This document shows, in pieces, positions 38,758 through 50,413 of a stretch of DNA of 64,000 bases. The position numbers and the translations under genes were made by a program. Every line of letters begins with the position of its first letter. Position 1 is the stretch's first letter. The DNA is taken from contig JAVKOQ020000019.1 of assembly GCA_031835245.2 (NCBI GenBank), forward strand, positions 186,001 through 250,000, in the 5' to 3' direction. The notes under the pieces are model-generated. The model worked only from the letters and a program-made list of their open reading frames with translations. It made no database searches and was not told the origin of the DNA. The stretch is from Balamuthia mandrillaris (lineage: Eukaryota).

Positions 38758-39358
38758 AGAAGAAGAAGAAGAAGAAGAAGAAGAAGAAGAAGAAGAACAA
38801 GAAGAACAACAAGAAGAAGAAGAAGAAGAACAACAAGAAGAAGAAGAAGAACAAGAACAAGAACAAGAACAAGAACAAGAACAAGAACAAGAAGAAAAAA
38901 GAACAAAAAAGAAGTAGGACGAGGAGAGGCGAAAAACCTTTCAAATAATTCGTTCCAAAGCGGTATAACTGCGCCTTCAGCTTTTCTCTTTGTAACTCTT
39001 CTTCGTCGTCGTCCTTCTCTTCTTCTTCTTCTTCTTCTTCTTCTTGCTTCTCTTCTTCTTCTTTATCTTCTTCTTCGCCCTCACACTTTCTTTGCTCAGG
39101 CTCCTCCGTCGTCGCTGCTGCCTTCCTCCCGTAGAGCCAGGAAACGACCTCATCCACCGAGCTGGGCTTCCATGCCCTCCCGCTTTGTTTCAGATGTTTG
39201 ACCTGCTGCGGAGCGACAGCCACGGAAAGGTTTGGCGCTGAAGTAGGAGCACGCGACGGAGAACGGGAGGAAGAAGAAGGAGAAGGATAAGAAGAAGGGG
39301 GAGGAGAAAGAAGCAGGTGGGGAGGGTGGTCTTCGGAGGACGCACTTTCTTCTTCCAT
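30276..39358 (-). CDS. Large Clu (clustered mitochondria) domain + TPR-like + cysteine-containing LRR protein, many exons
   Basis: WNRDFQ, YGRIIISE, GGQAGGPKF..GILFKFA, AAAHELTGL, LIDYKGFRLVA, GPVDIEGH.GLDGRMYLLDFAR, LRPE..PLSSDA; many L..L.L..C..ITD repeats. Confidence 0.85.
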
Positions 39359-39549
39359 TTTTTTTCACATAGTGCTACTTCAGTAAGCTTTTTTGTCGAC
39401 GATAATTTTGTCGACATTTATTGCAGACACATGACGTCATCTTTTTGCTTGGGCTATTTTGTGCCGAAATTACATTAATTGTATGTGCCAATAAAAAATC
39501 AAACATTATAGATGATCAGATCAATCTGCCGATGACTTTGTCGACAACG

Positions 39550-39615
39550 TTTTCCCGCCGAAAGTTGACCGTTACACATTATTTTTTCGTGTGTCACCGT
39601 TACACATTATTTTTT
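39550..39615. promoter_or_regulatory. E2F-like site plus duplicated Myb/MSA-like site upstream of polo-like kinase
   Basis: TTTTCCCGCC at 39550; ACCGTTACACATTATTTTTT at 39568 and 39596. Confidence 0.5.
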
Positions 39616-39807
39616 TTGGTTTTGGCATGAAGATATAGAGAGACCACCGAAACAATAACGCAGCGTGGAGCGAAACGAAAGGAAGAACGAACGAGAAGAG
39701 AATAAACGTTCCAGTTGGGGGTGGTACTCAAGTGCATCTATATAACCCCCCTGAAACCGTTTGAAGGGAGAACCACAAAACGAAGAAAAAATAATAAATA
39801 ATAAAGA

Positions 39808-40686
39808 ATGCAAACCAAGACGACCTCTTCCGCCGCCGCCGCCGCCATCACCACAAAAACATACACGGCAAAGTTGAGAATGGCCGCCGCGGCTCCGGTG
39901 AGCCCTTCCAAGAAGCTCATTGCCCAACGAGCTCCTGTCTCGCCAAGTAAACAACCCCCAGCGCGCCCCGTTGAGAAAAAGAGGTGTGGTGTGATATCTC
40001 TTTTTATTTTTTTGGTTTCTATGTTTCTGATCTCTTCTCTCTCTCTCTCTCTCTCCTTTTTCTCCTTCTTCTTCGTTGGAAAAAGGATTCGTGTCGTTGT
40101 CAACAAAGTGATAGAGCAACAGCGGTCGGAGGGCGGCTCTCCAAGGAAATACCTCCGCGGTCCCTTTCTGGGAAAGGGCGGGTTTGCTCACGTCTATGAA
40201 GTCACAGCGATGGACACCGGCGTCAAGTATGCCGCCAAAGTGGTCCCTAAAGCCAGTCTTGAGAAAACCAGTACCAAACAAAAGGTTTTCTTTCCCTCTC
40301 TCTTCTTTGCTTCTTCTACTTGTTCTTGTTCTTCTTCTTCTTCTTCTTCTTCTTCTTCTTCTTCTTCTTCTTCATGCTCTTCTTCTCTATCCCATCTAAC
40401 CCTACATCAAAGTTGGTGAGTGAGATAAAACTACATCACATGCTACGACACAAACACATTGTCCGCTTCCACTGCTTCTTTGAGGACCAGGTGAACGTCT
40501 ACATCCTGATGGAGCTGTGCGAGAACAAGAGCATGATGGAGCTCATACGACAGCGAAAGACCATCACGGAGGAGGAGGCTCGTTACTATTTGCTTCAGAT
40601 GTTGGATGCGCTTGCTTACATGCATTCCCGGCGCATTATCCACAGAGACCTTAAACTGGGAAACATGTACCTCTTTCGTTCTTGTC

Positions 40687-40718
<32 letters not shown>

Positions 40719-43010
40719 TCTCTCTCCCTCTCTCTCCTTTGCTTCAAACTAATAACAAACAACAAAAAAGGTTGTTGAACACAAACATGGAAGTAAAGAT
40801 AGGAGACTTTGGGCTGGCCACAAGGCTTGCCAACCACAGCGAACGGAGAAAGACGGTCTGCGGGACGCCCAACTACATCGCGCCCGAGATACTCAACAAG
40901 GAAGGAGGCGGCCACAGCTATCAAGCCGACATTTGGTCGCTCGGCGTTATTCTGTACGTTTGTTTCTTGGTTAGCTTTTCTCTGTTTGTTGCTCTCTTCT
41001 CACTTCAAACCTCAACACAACCATAACCATAGGTACACATGGCTGGTCGGCACTCCTCCCTTTGAGACCTCCACGGTGGAGGCCACCTACGCCAAGATCC
41101 GCAGCAACGCGTATAACTTCCCCGCCGACTGCTCCGTCTCGCCCGCCGCCAAGACGTTGATCCAACGCATGCTCCACCCGGACCCGGAGAGCAGGCCCTC
41201 GTTGTGCTCCATTCAGGAGGATGCCTTTATGACGCAGGGCTTTCTGCCGCTGGCTCTCACCCCGGCTGCTCGCTTCTCGGCTCCTCAGTTTGACCCGTCG
41301 TTGGTGTGTTCTGCTTCTTCAGTTTCTTCTTCTTCTGCATCTTCTTTGAACAACCATAACAACAAAAACGAGAACAAGAATGAACACGAAAACAACAATA
41401 ACAAAGAAAAGGTGAATGTGCAACGAAGAGGAGAAGAGAGAGGAGAAGAAAACAAACCGCCGACGATGATGAATCAACAACTTGCTGTGCCGGCAGCTGC
41501 TACATCCTCTTCCTCCTCTTCTTCGTCTCCTTCTGTCTTGTCCTCTCCGTTTGTTTCGCGAAGAGCACCCTTGCAGGAACGAACCAACCAACACCAAGCT
41601 CGTCCATCCGATAACTCTCTCACAAGTCTGTTTGACAACCCCAACCAGAATGACACCAGTTCTTCTCCTCTCCCTCTCCCGCTTCCTCTAAAAATAGAGC
41701 AACCACAACCACAACATGCTGTCTTTCCTTCGTCTCCTCTAGCTTCAACTTCTGCCTCGGTCATGTCAAGAAAGAGAACACGAACGCCCACAAAAAGCAA
41801 AATCACTCTCAAGTCTCCATTGGCCCAAAAGCCTCGTCGAGGAGGTACGAGTGCATCGTTGGTTGCACGGCATTGCTTTCCTCTTCCTCCATCTTCATCG
41901 TCATCTTCATCCTCTTCTGCTGCTGCTTCCACCGCTGCAACTGCAACACTCCGAAGTAGCAACAACAATCGAGCAACAGCAGCGAAGGAAGAAGCGGACG
42001 GAAGAGAAGAAGAGAAGAAGGAAACGAGTCTTACCTCTAGTTTTGCGGCCATTTCTCTTCGAAGCAAGAACGAAGTCGTCGCTGCAACTGCTGCTGCCAA
42101 TGCTGCCACAACCTCTTCCTCGTCTGCCCAGGCTCAACAGCATCATCAGAAACCTTTGTTGGGATTCGTGGAACCGCCCTCATCAACAAAAGCTGGTTCC
42201 TCCTCTTCTGTTTCTTCCTCTTTCTTAGTGAGTTGCGGTTGGCCCAATGAAAGTGGCGTGTTGATATACGTCAGCAAATGGATGGACTATAGTAGCAAGT
42301 ACGGTCTTGCCTATCAGCTCTGCGATGGCACGATCGGCGCTTACTTTAACGACTACACCAAACTCGCCTTTCTTCCTCAACTCAGAAGAGAGGAGGAAGC
42401 ATATTCTTCCTCGTTGGCTTCAAGTTCTCTGTTGGATGGATCGTTTAGTTATTACAAGTATCAACCAGTCAACAAACGTGAAAACATCAACAACGAACAA
42501 GAAGCGACAAGAATGGAAGAAGACAAAGAAGAAGATGTAGGAGAGACACACCAGTTTTCGGCTTATCCATCAGAACTACGGAAGAAAGTCACGTTGGCAG
42601 AGCACTTTTATCGCGGCTTTGAAGACGCTCGTTTCGCTGCTGCCGGAACGAACCTTTTCTCCTCCTCATCTTCGTCACAACAACACCAAAACGAAAGAAG
42701 CAAACCCGTACATGTGACAAAATGGATGCGAACCAAGCATGCGATTCTCTTCAAGTTGAGCGATGGAACGTTTCAAGTTTGCTTCTTTGATGGAGCGGTA
42801 TTGTTAGTATCGAGCAACGAAGAAACAGGAGAAAGCGGAGAAGGTGAACGCACCAAAAGAGTTGTTTATGTGGCGAGAAGTTCGAAGCAGTGGAAGATGT
42901 ATCCGGATATCACGTCGGAGAGCTTTCGGGCAACTGCCTCGCCGTCGCTGTTGCATCGTATGAAGTACTTGAATGATGTGTTGAGCCATCACCAGTCCTT
43001 TTCGATGTAA
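39808..43010 (+). CDS. PLK1: Polo-like kinase, 5 exons
   Basis: [48 protein letters not shown]; polo boxes [12 protein letters not shown] and [19 protein letters not shown]. Confidence 0.93.
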
Positions 43011-43191
43011 GCACCTTTTTTTTTTTTCAAGTTTGTTTGAATAGCTTTTGTAAAGTATTCAACTTTAAGAAAAAAAAGGCGTTTGTTTTTTTTCCTGTAC
43101 ATTAAGTTTTTATGTAACAAAGAAGAAAACGAAAAGCAGAGAGAAAAAGAAGAGGAGCAAAGCAGGCAGAGAAAGAGGAGGAGGCAGAAAG

Positions 43192-45169
43192 CTATCTCAC
43201 AAAAGAGGCCAACAACGAGTACGAAGGAGTGCCAAGGCCGGTAACAGGATCCCAACCAGCCACGGCCGAAAAGCCTTCATCGCAATAGTCGTTCTTGTTG
43301 TTGCCTTGCGTTACATCTGTTCCGATTCCTTTCTGTAACGCCAACTTGTAGAGAAGAGGATTGACAAACCCGAGAGCTGGTTGATTGGCCTTGAAACGGA
43401 GATCGTTGAGAAGAGCGATGATGGCGGCAAAGACCGGAGAAGAGGCTGATGTTCCACTTGCTCCTCCCCACTCCCCTATATATGGTAATGTTATTTGAGA
43501 GGGTGTGAGATGAAGAGGAAAAGGTAAAGATAAGAGAAGACAAGAAAGAGAAAAGTTAATGAGTAAGCACCTTGCATAACGACTTGATAGTTGGTGGCGA
43601 GAGCGCTGACGTCTGGAATGCCTCTACCAGACCTGTTCCAGTAAGACTGAGGTGGCAGTTTTTCACTGGTCTGAAGAAAGTGGTCGATGGCTTGTTGTTG
43701 GTAGGAAGGGCGAGCGAAGACGTTGGAAAAGCCTCCTCCACTGAAAGAAACGCCTATTTCTTTATTGTTTTCTTTTTGTTTTTGTTTTGGTGTGAATAAA
43801 TTTGCGGCTAGAGAGATGAACAAAGAAGATAGAGAAGAAAAGACAGTGAAGGAGAAATGTGGAATGAAGAGAAGATGAAGAAGAAGAAGAAGAACAAAAA
43901 GTGAAGAGGAAGTAAACCTTTGCTGAAATAAGTTCCACCAACAGCAGTGACATAAGGGCTGCTCGCTGGAAACTCGGGTGCAAACGAACCACACCAAAAC
44001 ATTCCCGAATGTCCCGTCCCATCATCGCCCGAGGCAACAGTGATTGTGTAGCCCAACACTCCCAATTTTTGGAACTCAGTGTTGACTCTACTCATGTACT
44101 TTTGGTCGTAGTACTCTTCGGCACTGCCGAAGCTGATGGAATGGACCAGAGGAGCTTCGGGATGAGTCTCGGTGACGTTGATTGCCCATTCCAATAGATC
44201 AAAGTCGAGCATCTCCCATACCCATGTCTCTATACCAGTTCCTACACCAATTATGTATTGAGTATCCAACGATGCTTCACCTACGTTTTTATTCAAGGAA
44301 ACAGAAATGAGTTGTCAAACGATATGAACAGAAACACAATAAGAACCGAAAAAATGGAGATGATAGAAGCTGAAGGCATGAGAGGATAGGGAGGGAGAGA
44401 GAGCGAGAGAGAGAGCTGGGCAATGAGGGCAAGAGAACAGATTCGAGGACCAAATAGGAAGGAATAACAACAAACCCAGAAATCCAGAATCAGGATCGTT
44501 GATGCCAATGACACGAGCTACAGGCTGCAAAGGCAACCCAAAATGCTTTTCAAACACTCGTATGTCGGAAGGATAAAAATAGGCCTCCTGGAACTCGGCC
44601 ACTGCCTGTTTGCTCACGTTGGCATGAAGTGCTTCTCTTTTGTTGTAGTTGCTTGTTAACATCGTCTCTTGCTTGTTGTTTTCAGAAGATGAAGTGATGT
44701 TGTATAGCTTCTTTATGAGATGGGGCGTTACGTCAACACCTGGTTGATCGTCTTTCACATCTCTTTCTCCGTTTTGGTTGTTGTTCTTGCGATGATAAAA
44801 GTGGGAAGGAGGGAGAGGAGGAGGAAAGTCAGTGAGACCGCTGACGAACTCAACGATGGCGGAGAGTGGAGAAGGAAGGGGGCGCAGCTTGCTCTCGTCC
44901 TTGGCGCGAAGAATGGCCGTGAACCTGTCGGAGTCATCTTTGTAGGGAGCAATTGGCGAAATGTGTTTGTAAGTATATAAGTGAAGAAGGAGGAAGCACG
45001 AAGAAGAGGAAAGAAAAAAGGAGACACAAAGAAGAAAACGAAGGGCGAACCATTTAAAATACACAAGAAACAAGAGAAGAAGAGGACGAAGAGAAAAAAA
45101 TGAAAGCAATGAAGAGAAGAGAACAATGGGGAGGAGGGAGCCACGAAGAAAAGAGAGAACAAAGAGGAG

Positions 45170-45210
<41 letters not shown>

Positions 45211-45832
45211 AAAGAAAGCAGCAGCAAGAAGGAACAAAAAAAGAACGAGAGACTCAACAACGAACCAGCAGCTGGGCGGACGAACCAGGCCAGCTCCACG
45301 CCAAACAGGCGCTCCACCTGGGAGGGCGACAGGCTGACCCACAGGTGGTCCCCCAACGAGGAAAGCCTGTACTCAAACCCCCTGGCCCCCTCGCTCCCGC
45401 CCTCCTCCACGAGAAGCTCTGATCGGATCCACGAAATGATTTTCTGCTCAAAACAAAGGAAATCAGCTTTTTAGCAGAGGGACTGAAGAAAAAGATTAAA
45501 CTTACCTCGGAGAAGGAGCGTGGCGGCGAGATGAGCCTTTGAAGGTCCTGCAAGGAAAGAAAGCGGCCGTAGGAAGGATGCTCCGGGTCAGAGACCTCCC
45601 AGAAGAGACGCTCCAAGCTCTCCAAGTTTTGTTGCCTGAGCGCAAAACGGAGGGTATGGCGGCGGTGAGGTTGAAGAGGATGGGGTTGGTAAAGGGGGGA
45701 CGTCTCGACCTCTTCCTCCGCCTTCCATCCGTTTCGGGTGGCCGTGGGGTGAGGGTCCTGGAGGGCAGCAGCGGTGGCTCCCTCCCCCAGGAGGACCACA
45801 AGCAGGAGTAACGCAGTCGCCATCCACTTCAT
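43192..45832 (-). CDS. TPP1: Tripeptidyl-peptidase I-like sedolisin (peptidase S53) with propeptide, multi-exon
   Basis: Signal peptide, [14 protein letters not shown] prodomain, [41 protein letters not shown]. Confidence 0.9.
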
Positions 45833-46150
45833 TTTTGTTTTGCTTTTCTTTTTGGGGAAGTTGACAGACAAGAGAGAGGACAAGAGATATCAAGAAATGA
45901 TGTCGACATGCTCTTTGATTTATGATTTGCTGTTTATGATCTAAATCAGATATATTTTTGAATTTCGGTTGGGTATTTGAATATTTGAGATCAAAACTAA
46001 AATTTCGCTAAAATTTCAAAAAGCATGAACTACGAATGTCGACAATAAAAATCACACCTTGGCCACAGCATCCGCTACATTTCTGCTACTCGCTTGAGAC
46101 AGCAGAAAGAGAGTCGAATAGTGCAACCCTGCACACATACCAGCAGCAGA

Positions 46151-46609
46151 ATGGACATTCCTCTCCTTTGGCGCCACCACTTTCCTCTTCACCAACACCA
46201 CCACCACCACTCCGCCCCCTTCCATGCCCCCCGCATGGACGTCTCCGAGAGCGAGCAGGAGTACCGAGTGAGGGCCGACCTCCCCGGCCGCCGCAGCGAC
46301 GCCCTGCAGGTGGAGTTCCACAAGGGCGTCCTCACCATCCGTGCCTTGGGAGAGGGCAAGGGCCAGAGCAGGGGCAAGCAGGACGAGGAGCAGGGGCAAG
46401 AGGCGGACGATGCCAAACACAAGCAGCAGCAGCCCAAATGGCACCTGAAGGAGCGCTTCCAGGGCACCCTGGAGCGCTCCCTCCAATTCCCCAAGGCCAT
46501 CAACGGAAACGCCATCCGCTCGGCCTACAAGGACGGCGTGCTGGAGGTGGTCCTTCCCAAGTCGGAGGAGGAGAAGCCCACCAAAGTTCACATTGGCGCT
46601 CGTCTTTGA
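46151..46609 (+). CDS. Small heat-shock protein (HSP20/alpha-crystallin), intronless
   Basis: PRMDVSE..YRVRADLPG, GVLTI, ER..G..ERS..FP, AYKDGVLEVVLPK. Confidence 0.92.
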   Translation: MDIPLLWRHHFPLHQHHHHHSAPFHAPRMDVSESEQEYRVRADLPGRRSDALQVEFHKGVLTIRALGEGKGQSRGKQDEEQGQEADDAKHKQQQPKWHLKERFQGTLERSLQFPKAINGNAIRSAYKDGVLEVVLPKSEEEKPTKVHIGARL

Positions 46610-46859
46610 CGAGAAATGGCCATCGATCGAAGGCAAATCGATTGACCCACTCACTTAGCACCACACACAAAAAACTACAGTGATTACTGATGGGCTTTTT
46701 ACCCTTATGATGAAGATGAAAGCCAAAGCTTTTCTTACGAAGCAAAAGACGAACGCCGCCACAGAAAGAAGATGAAAGAAGCAGTTCCCTTCTCCTCCCA
46801 CCTCTCAGCAGACACTTGTTTCAAAGCCCAATAAATAAAGTAAAAACGAAAAAATAAAA

Positions 46860-47438
46860 ATGGAAGAAGTGATGAAGAAAGAAGCAGCTTCGTCGGAACA
46901 TCATGCGCCACCGATGTGGTGCCTGGCGGCCTCGCTCGCTGAGCTCAAGGCCCAAGGGAGCAAGGGCAAAGGCCTCCAGGTGGAGGTGCAGCGCCACCCC
47001 CTGGCTCTCTACTGGTACAAGGAGGAGGTTCATGCCATGGACGACTCTTGTCCTCATGATGGAGGTCCGCTCTTCTCTCTCTCTTCTCTCTCTCTCTCTC
47101 TTTGCTCTTTCTTTTGCTCAATGTCTGTTGCTCTTCATCGGATCCTTTCACTGCTTTTTTCATCCGTTGTTCTTTCCCTCTCATCCAAAGGACCACTCTC
47201 TGAAGGGGACATAGAGGACCTGGTTGGGGATGGACTAAGCCCCAGCGGGGCGGACGCCACCAAACGGAGCGTGGTGGTGTGCCCTTGGCACGGCTACAAG
47301 TTCGACATCAACGACGGAACGGACGTCTACGGCCTGGCTTGCGACCTGCGGATATGGCGGGTGGAGGTGCGTGGAGATGAGATCTGGGTGGACCTCTCCG
47401 CACCCAAAGCCGGAGGACCCAAGCAACACTCTTGGTAG
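46860..47438 (+). CDS. Rieske [2Fe-2S] ferredoxin-domain protein, 2 exons (intron ~47065-47190)
   Basis: CPHDGGPLSEG and CPWHGYKFD ligand motifs. Confidence 0.9.
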   Translation: MEEVMKKEAASSEHHAPPMWCLAASLAELKAQGSKGKGLQVEVQRHPLALYWYKEEVHAMDDSCPHDGGPLFSLSSLSLSLCSFFCSMSVALHRILSLLFSSVVLSLSSKGPLSEGDIEDLVGDGLSPSGADATKRSVVVCPWHGYKFDINDGTDVYGLACDLRIWRVEVRGDEIWVDLSAPKAGGPKQHSW

Positions 47439-47788
47439 GTTGAGGAGAAAGATAAGAGGCCGCCTCCAACAAGAAGCAGCACAGAGATAAGTTTTGCTAT
47501 GGTCGTTCGTCTGAGAGATGGTATCTTTGCCTCTTCCGCTTTCCTCTTTCCTCCTTCCTCCTTCCTCCTTCCTCCTTCCTCCTCCCTCTCAACACAGAAC
47601 GAAAAGGTTCGTGCAACTTGATAAGCTTCTTTTGTATCTTTTCTAATGTTTATTTTTTTCTTCTGTACAGCAGAGAACAACAAAAAAGAAGGAAGAAGGA
47701 AGACGGACAAAAAAAAAACAAAAGTTTTTGGCAACAAGCTCTCTTGACATGCCAACACCACCAAGCCTCCCTTGGAGGTGACTTAAAA

Positions 47789-47830
<42 letters not shown>

Positions 47831-47832
47831 GT

Positions 47833-48852
47833 TCACGATCTGCTGGCATTACTGGATCCTCCAAGCAAGTTCCTAAGAGAGAGCTTCTTCTTCTTCTTGC
47901 TGTCAAGCTTTCTCTCCTCCACGGACGCGCTGGTGCTGTTCTTCCTGGAAGAAGAGCCGCCTTTGGCCTTCTTCTCATCCTCCCTCTTTCCTCCTTTCCT
48001 CTTCTCCTCCTTGATGGAAGAACCGCCGCTCTTCTTGACGGATCTGAAGATGTTGGACCTGGAGCCCCTCTTCTTGTGCTTGCTGCGCTGGCCTTTGCCG
48101 TTGCTCTCCTCCAATGCGGCATTGCTCTCGCCAGGCGCTCCAGAGGAGCTAGAACCAGCCTCCGAGGAAGACACGCCAGAAGACGCACCACCAGCAGCAG
48201 CTCTTCTCCTCTGCTCATCGGCCAGGCGCTTCTCCCTCAGCTTGGCCCTCTTCCTGCAATCCGTGAGGGCCTCCTCGTCTCCCCAGTAGTCCTCTCCGAC
48301 AGTGACTCCCACGCAGTGCTTGGCGCCACAGTTGCACACGCAGACGCCAGCATCGGAGATGGTGTAGTTATAGTTATAGGTGAGCTCCTCCCCTTGCGCA
48401 ATGTCCCGGTCGGCCACGATCCAGATCTGCGAGGGCTTATCGTTCCAGTAGCTGATCATGGAGTAGCAGTTGGGCTGGCAGCTGCTGTTGATGAAGCGGG
48501 CCAGGTTCCACTCCACGCTGCCGTCGAGGAAGAGGTCATCCTCCACGTAGTAGGTGTAGCGGTAGGCCTCCAGGGGCATCCTCTGCACCACGTCCTTGGC
48601 GACGGGCACGCCTACGAATTGTATGATGCGCTCCTCCTTCTTGAGGGCTCTGGCGGCAAAGAGGCCTCGGCCATGGATGTGGGAGTCCCCAACGGTGACG
48701 TTGTCGTTGGGGAGGGCAGGCCGCCCTGAGGTGCGTTCCAGGATCTCAGCCAGGGTCATATCCGCTGTGTTGGTGGTGCTGCTGCTGGCCTCAGCAGAGG
48801 TATCTTGTTGGGAGGGCAGAGGTTGCATGGTTTCCACTTGTGCTGTCGACAT
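47833..48852 (-). CDS. SET + post-SET domain lysine methyltransferase-like protein with basic tail, intronless
   Basis: IHGRGLFA, ARFINSSCQPNC, GEELTYNY, CNCGAKHC. Confidence 0.88.
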   Translation of the reverse strand: MSTAQVETMQPLPSQQDTSAEASSSTTNTADMTLAEILERTSGRPALPNDNVTVGDSHIHGRGLFAARALKKEERIIQFVGVPVAKDVVQRMPLEAYRYTYYVEDDLFLDGSVEWNLARFINSSCQPNCYSMISYWNDKPSQIWIVADRDIAQGEELTYNYNYTISDAGVCVCNCGAKHCVGVTVGEDYWGDEEALTDCRKRAKLREKRLADEQRRRAAAGGASSGVSSSEAGSSSSGAPGESNAALEESNGKGQRSKHKKRGSRSNIFRSVKKSGGSSIKEEKRKGGKREDEKKAKGGSSSRKNSTSASVEERKLDSKKKKKLSLRNLLGGSSNASRS

Positions 48853-50413
48853 TGTGTTGGTTGTCTATAATGGTTGAAGGGAAGAGTAAGTCATCCACTT
48901 ATATGCAACGAAAGATATCTAGACAATCGAAAAAAGAAGGAAGAAGGAAGGGAATGGTGTTTTTTTTTTTTAAAACCAAAAGCATGAAAGAAGGAAAGGG
49001 ATGTGCACCTTTATGTTGCGTGAAATAAAAATAAATAAATATAAGAAACAGTGGCCAGGAAGAAAGAATACGTTGGTTTTGAGAGAGGCGTTACACGGTG
49101 GCTGTTGTCGTCAGGCTCTCTGCTGCTGCGTTTGTGTTGTTGGTTGGATAAGAAGGTGAAAGAAAAAAAAAGAGGCGTTTCCGTTTTTTGTTTTATAGAG
49201 AAGCAAACAAACCCATCACCAGCCAGACTAAAAATGATAAAGATGGTCCCCCTCTCTTTGTCCCTCACTCTGCCTACTTTCAGCTGTTCCACTCGCCTAG
49301 CGGATGGTACTAACCCAGGAAACTTACGCCAACTTGCCGTCCACTCTCCAACGAACCTGCAGCTTGCGCGCACCTCATTGGTCGACCAAGGTCTTTCATT
49401 TGGTTTCCCATCTCGGCCCTTGATATTGAGGAGGGGCGTCTGCCAGCCGTGTCATCCCACACTACCCCCCCTCGCTACGTTTCTTCTCCCCGTCGATTCT
49501 CCCGCCAACTTTCTTCTCTAATTTCCGCCAAATTTGCAGGAGAACCAGGACAGGAGCGAGGAGAGGAGCGCGGACAGGAGATATGAGCAGGAGAGCGGAG
49601 GCGAAACCAGCGAAATCTCGCTTCCCCGACACGAGACCTAAATTTCACAATTATGGTTCTCATCATGACGACATGAAAAAGGCAGGGAGAACTTAAAAAG
49701 GGGAAACGCAAATTATCCACGAGGACAATTATCACCGGGTTAATTTGTGTAGACAATTAACCCTCGACCTCCACCCAAACGTCTCTCGCGCTACCTTTTC
49801 CTCTCCCTTTTTTTCCCCCTCTCACGCACACAAGAGCTAAACTTACTGCTTTTTTTGTTGGTCCAGACCACCAAAGTTCTTTTTTTTCTAGATCCCTACC
49901 GTCCTCCCTCTTCTACGAGGCTTTGATCTTTGCTCCGCTACTTTGAAAGTCAGCGTGTTGAGCAGAGATAATTCTTTTTTTCGAGAGAAAAAAACAACAA
50001 TTCATCTTCCCCCTTTTTTAAAAAAAATCCTTCTACCACTACCCTCTTTGTAAAACCTTTTCTTTCTTTTTGGGTTCAAAGCAAGGCTAACTGATACTTG
50101 CTTTTGCACTCGATTCTTTTCACTTGTTTCATATTTTTTCTCATCTACTTTACTTCTTTTTTACCAAGTTTGATACTTTGGTGATCACCTTCATCTTCTT
50201 CTACTACCTTTTTTCATAACCCCAACTCCCTTCCACTTTTCAATCTCCCTCTTCGGTTTACCTTTCGGTTTACCCAATCTGAATCACTTTACTTCCTCTG
50301 GTCCCTTTGCTCTCTTCAGGCAAGAGAACAGCGACTACCGCCACTACAACAACCCGCAACCCCCAAACCTCTACCGCTTTAGCAGCAACCCAACCACAGG
50401 CAGCGCCTGTCGC

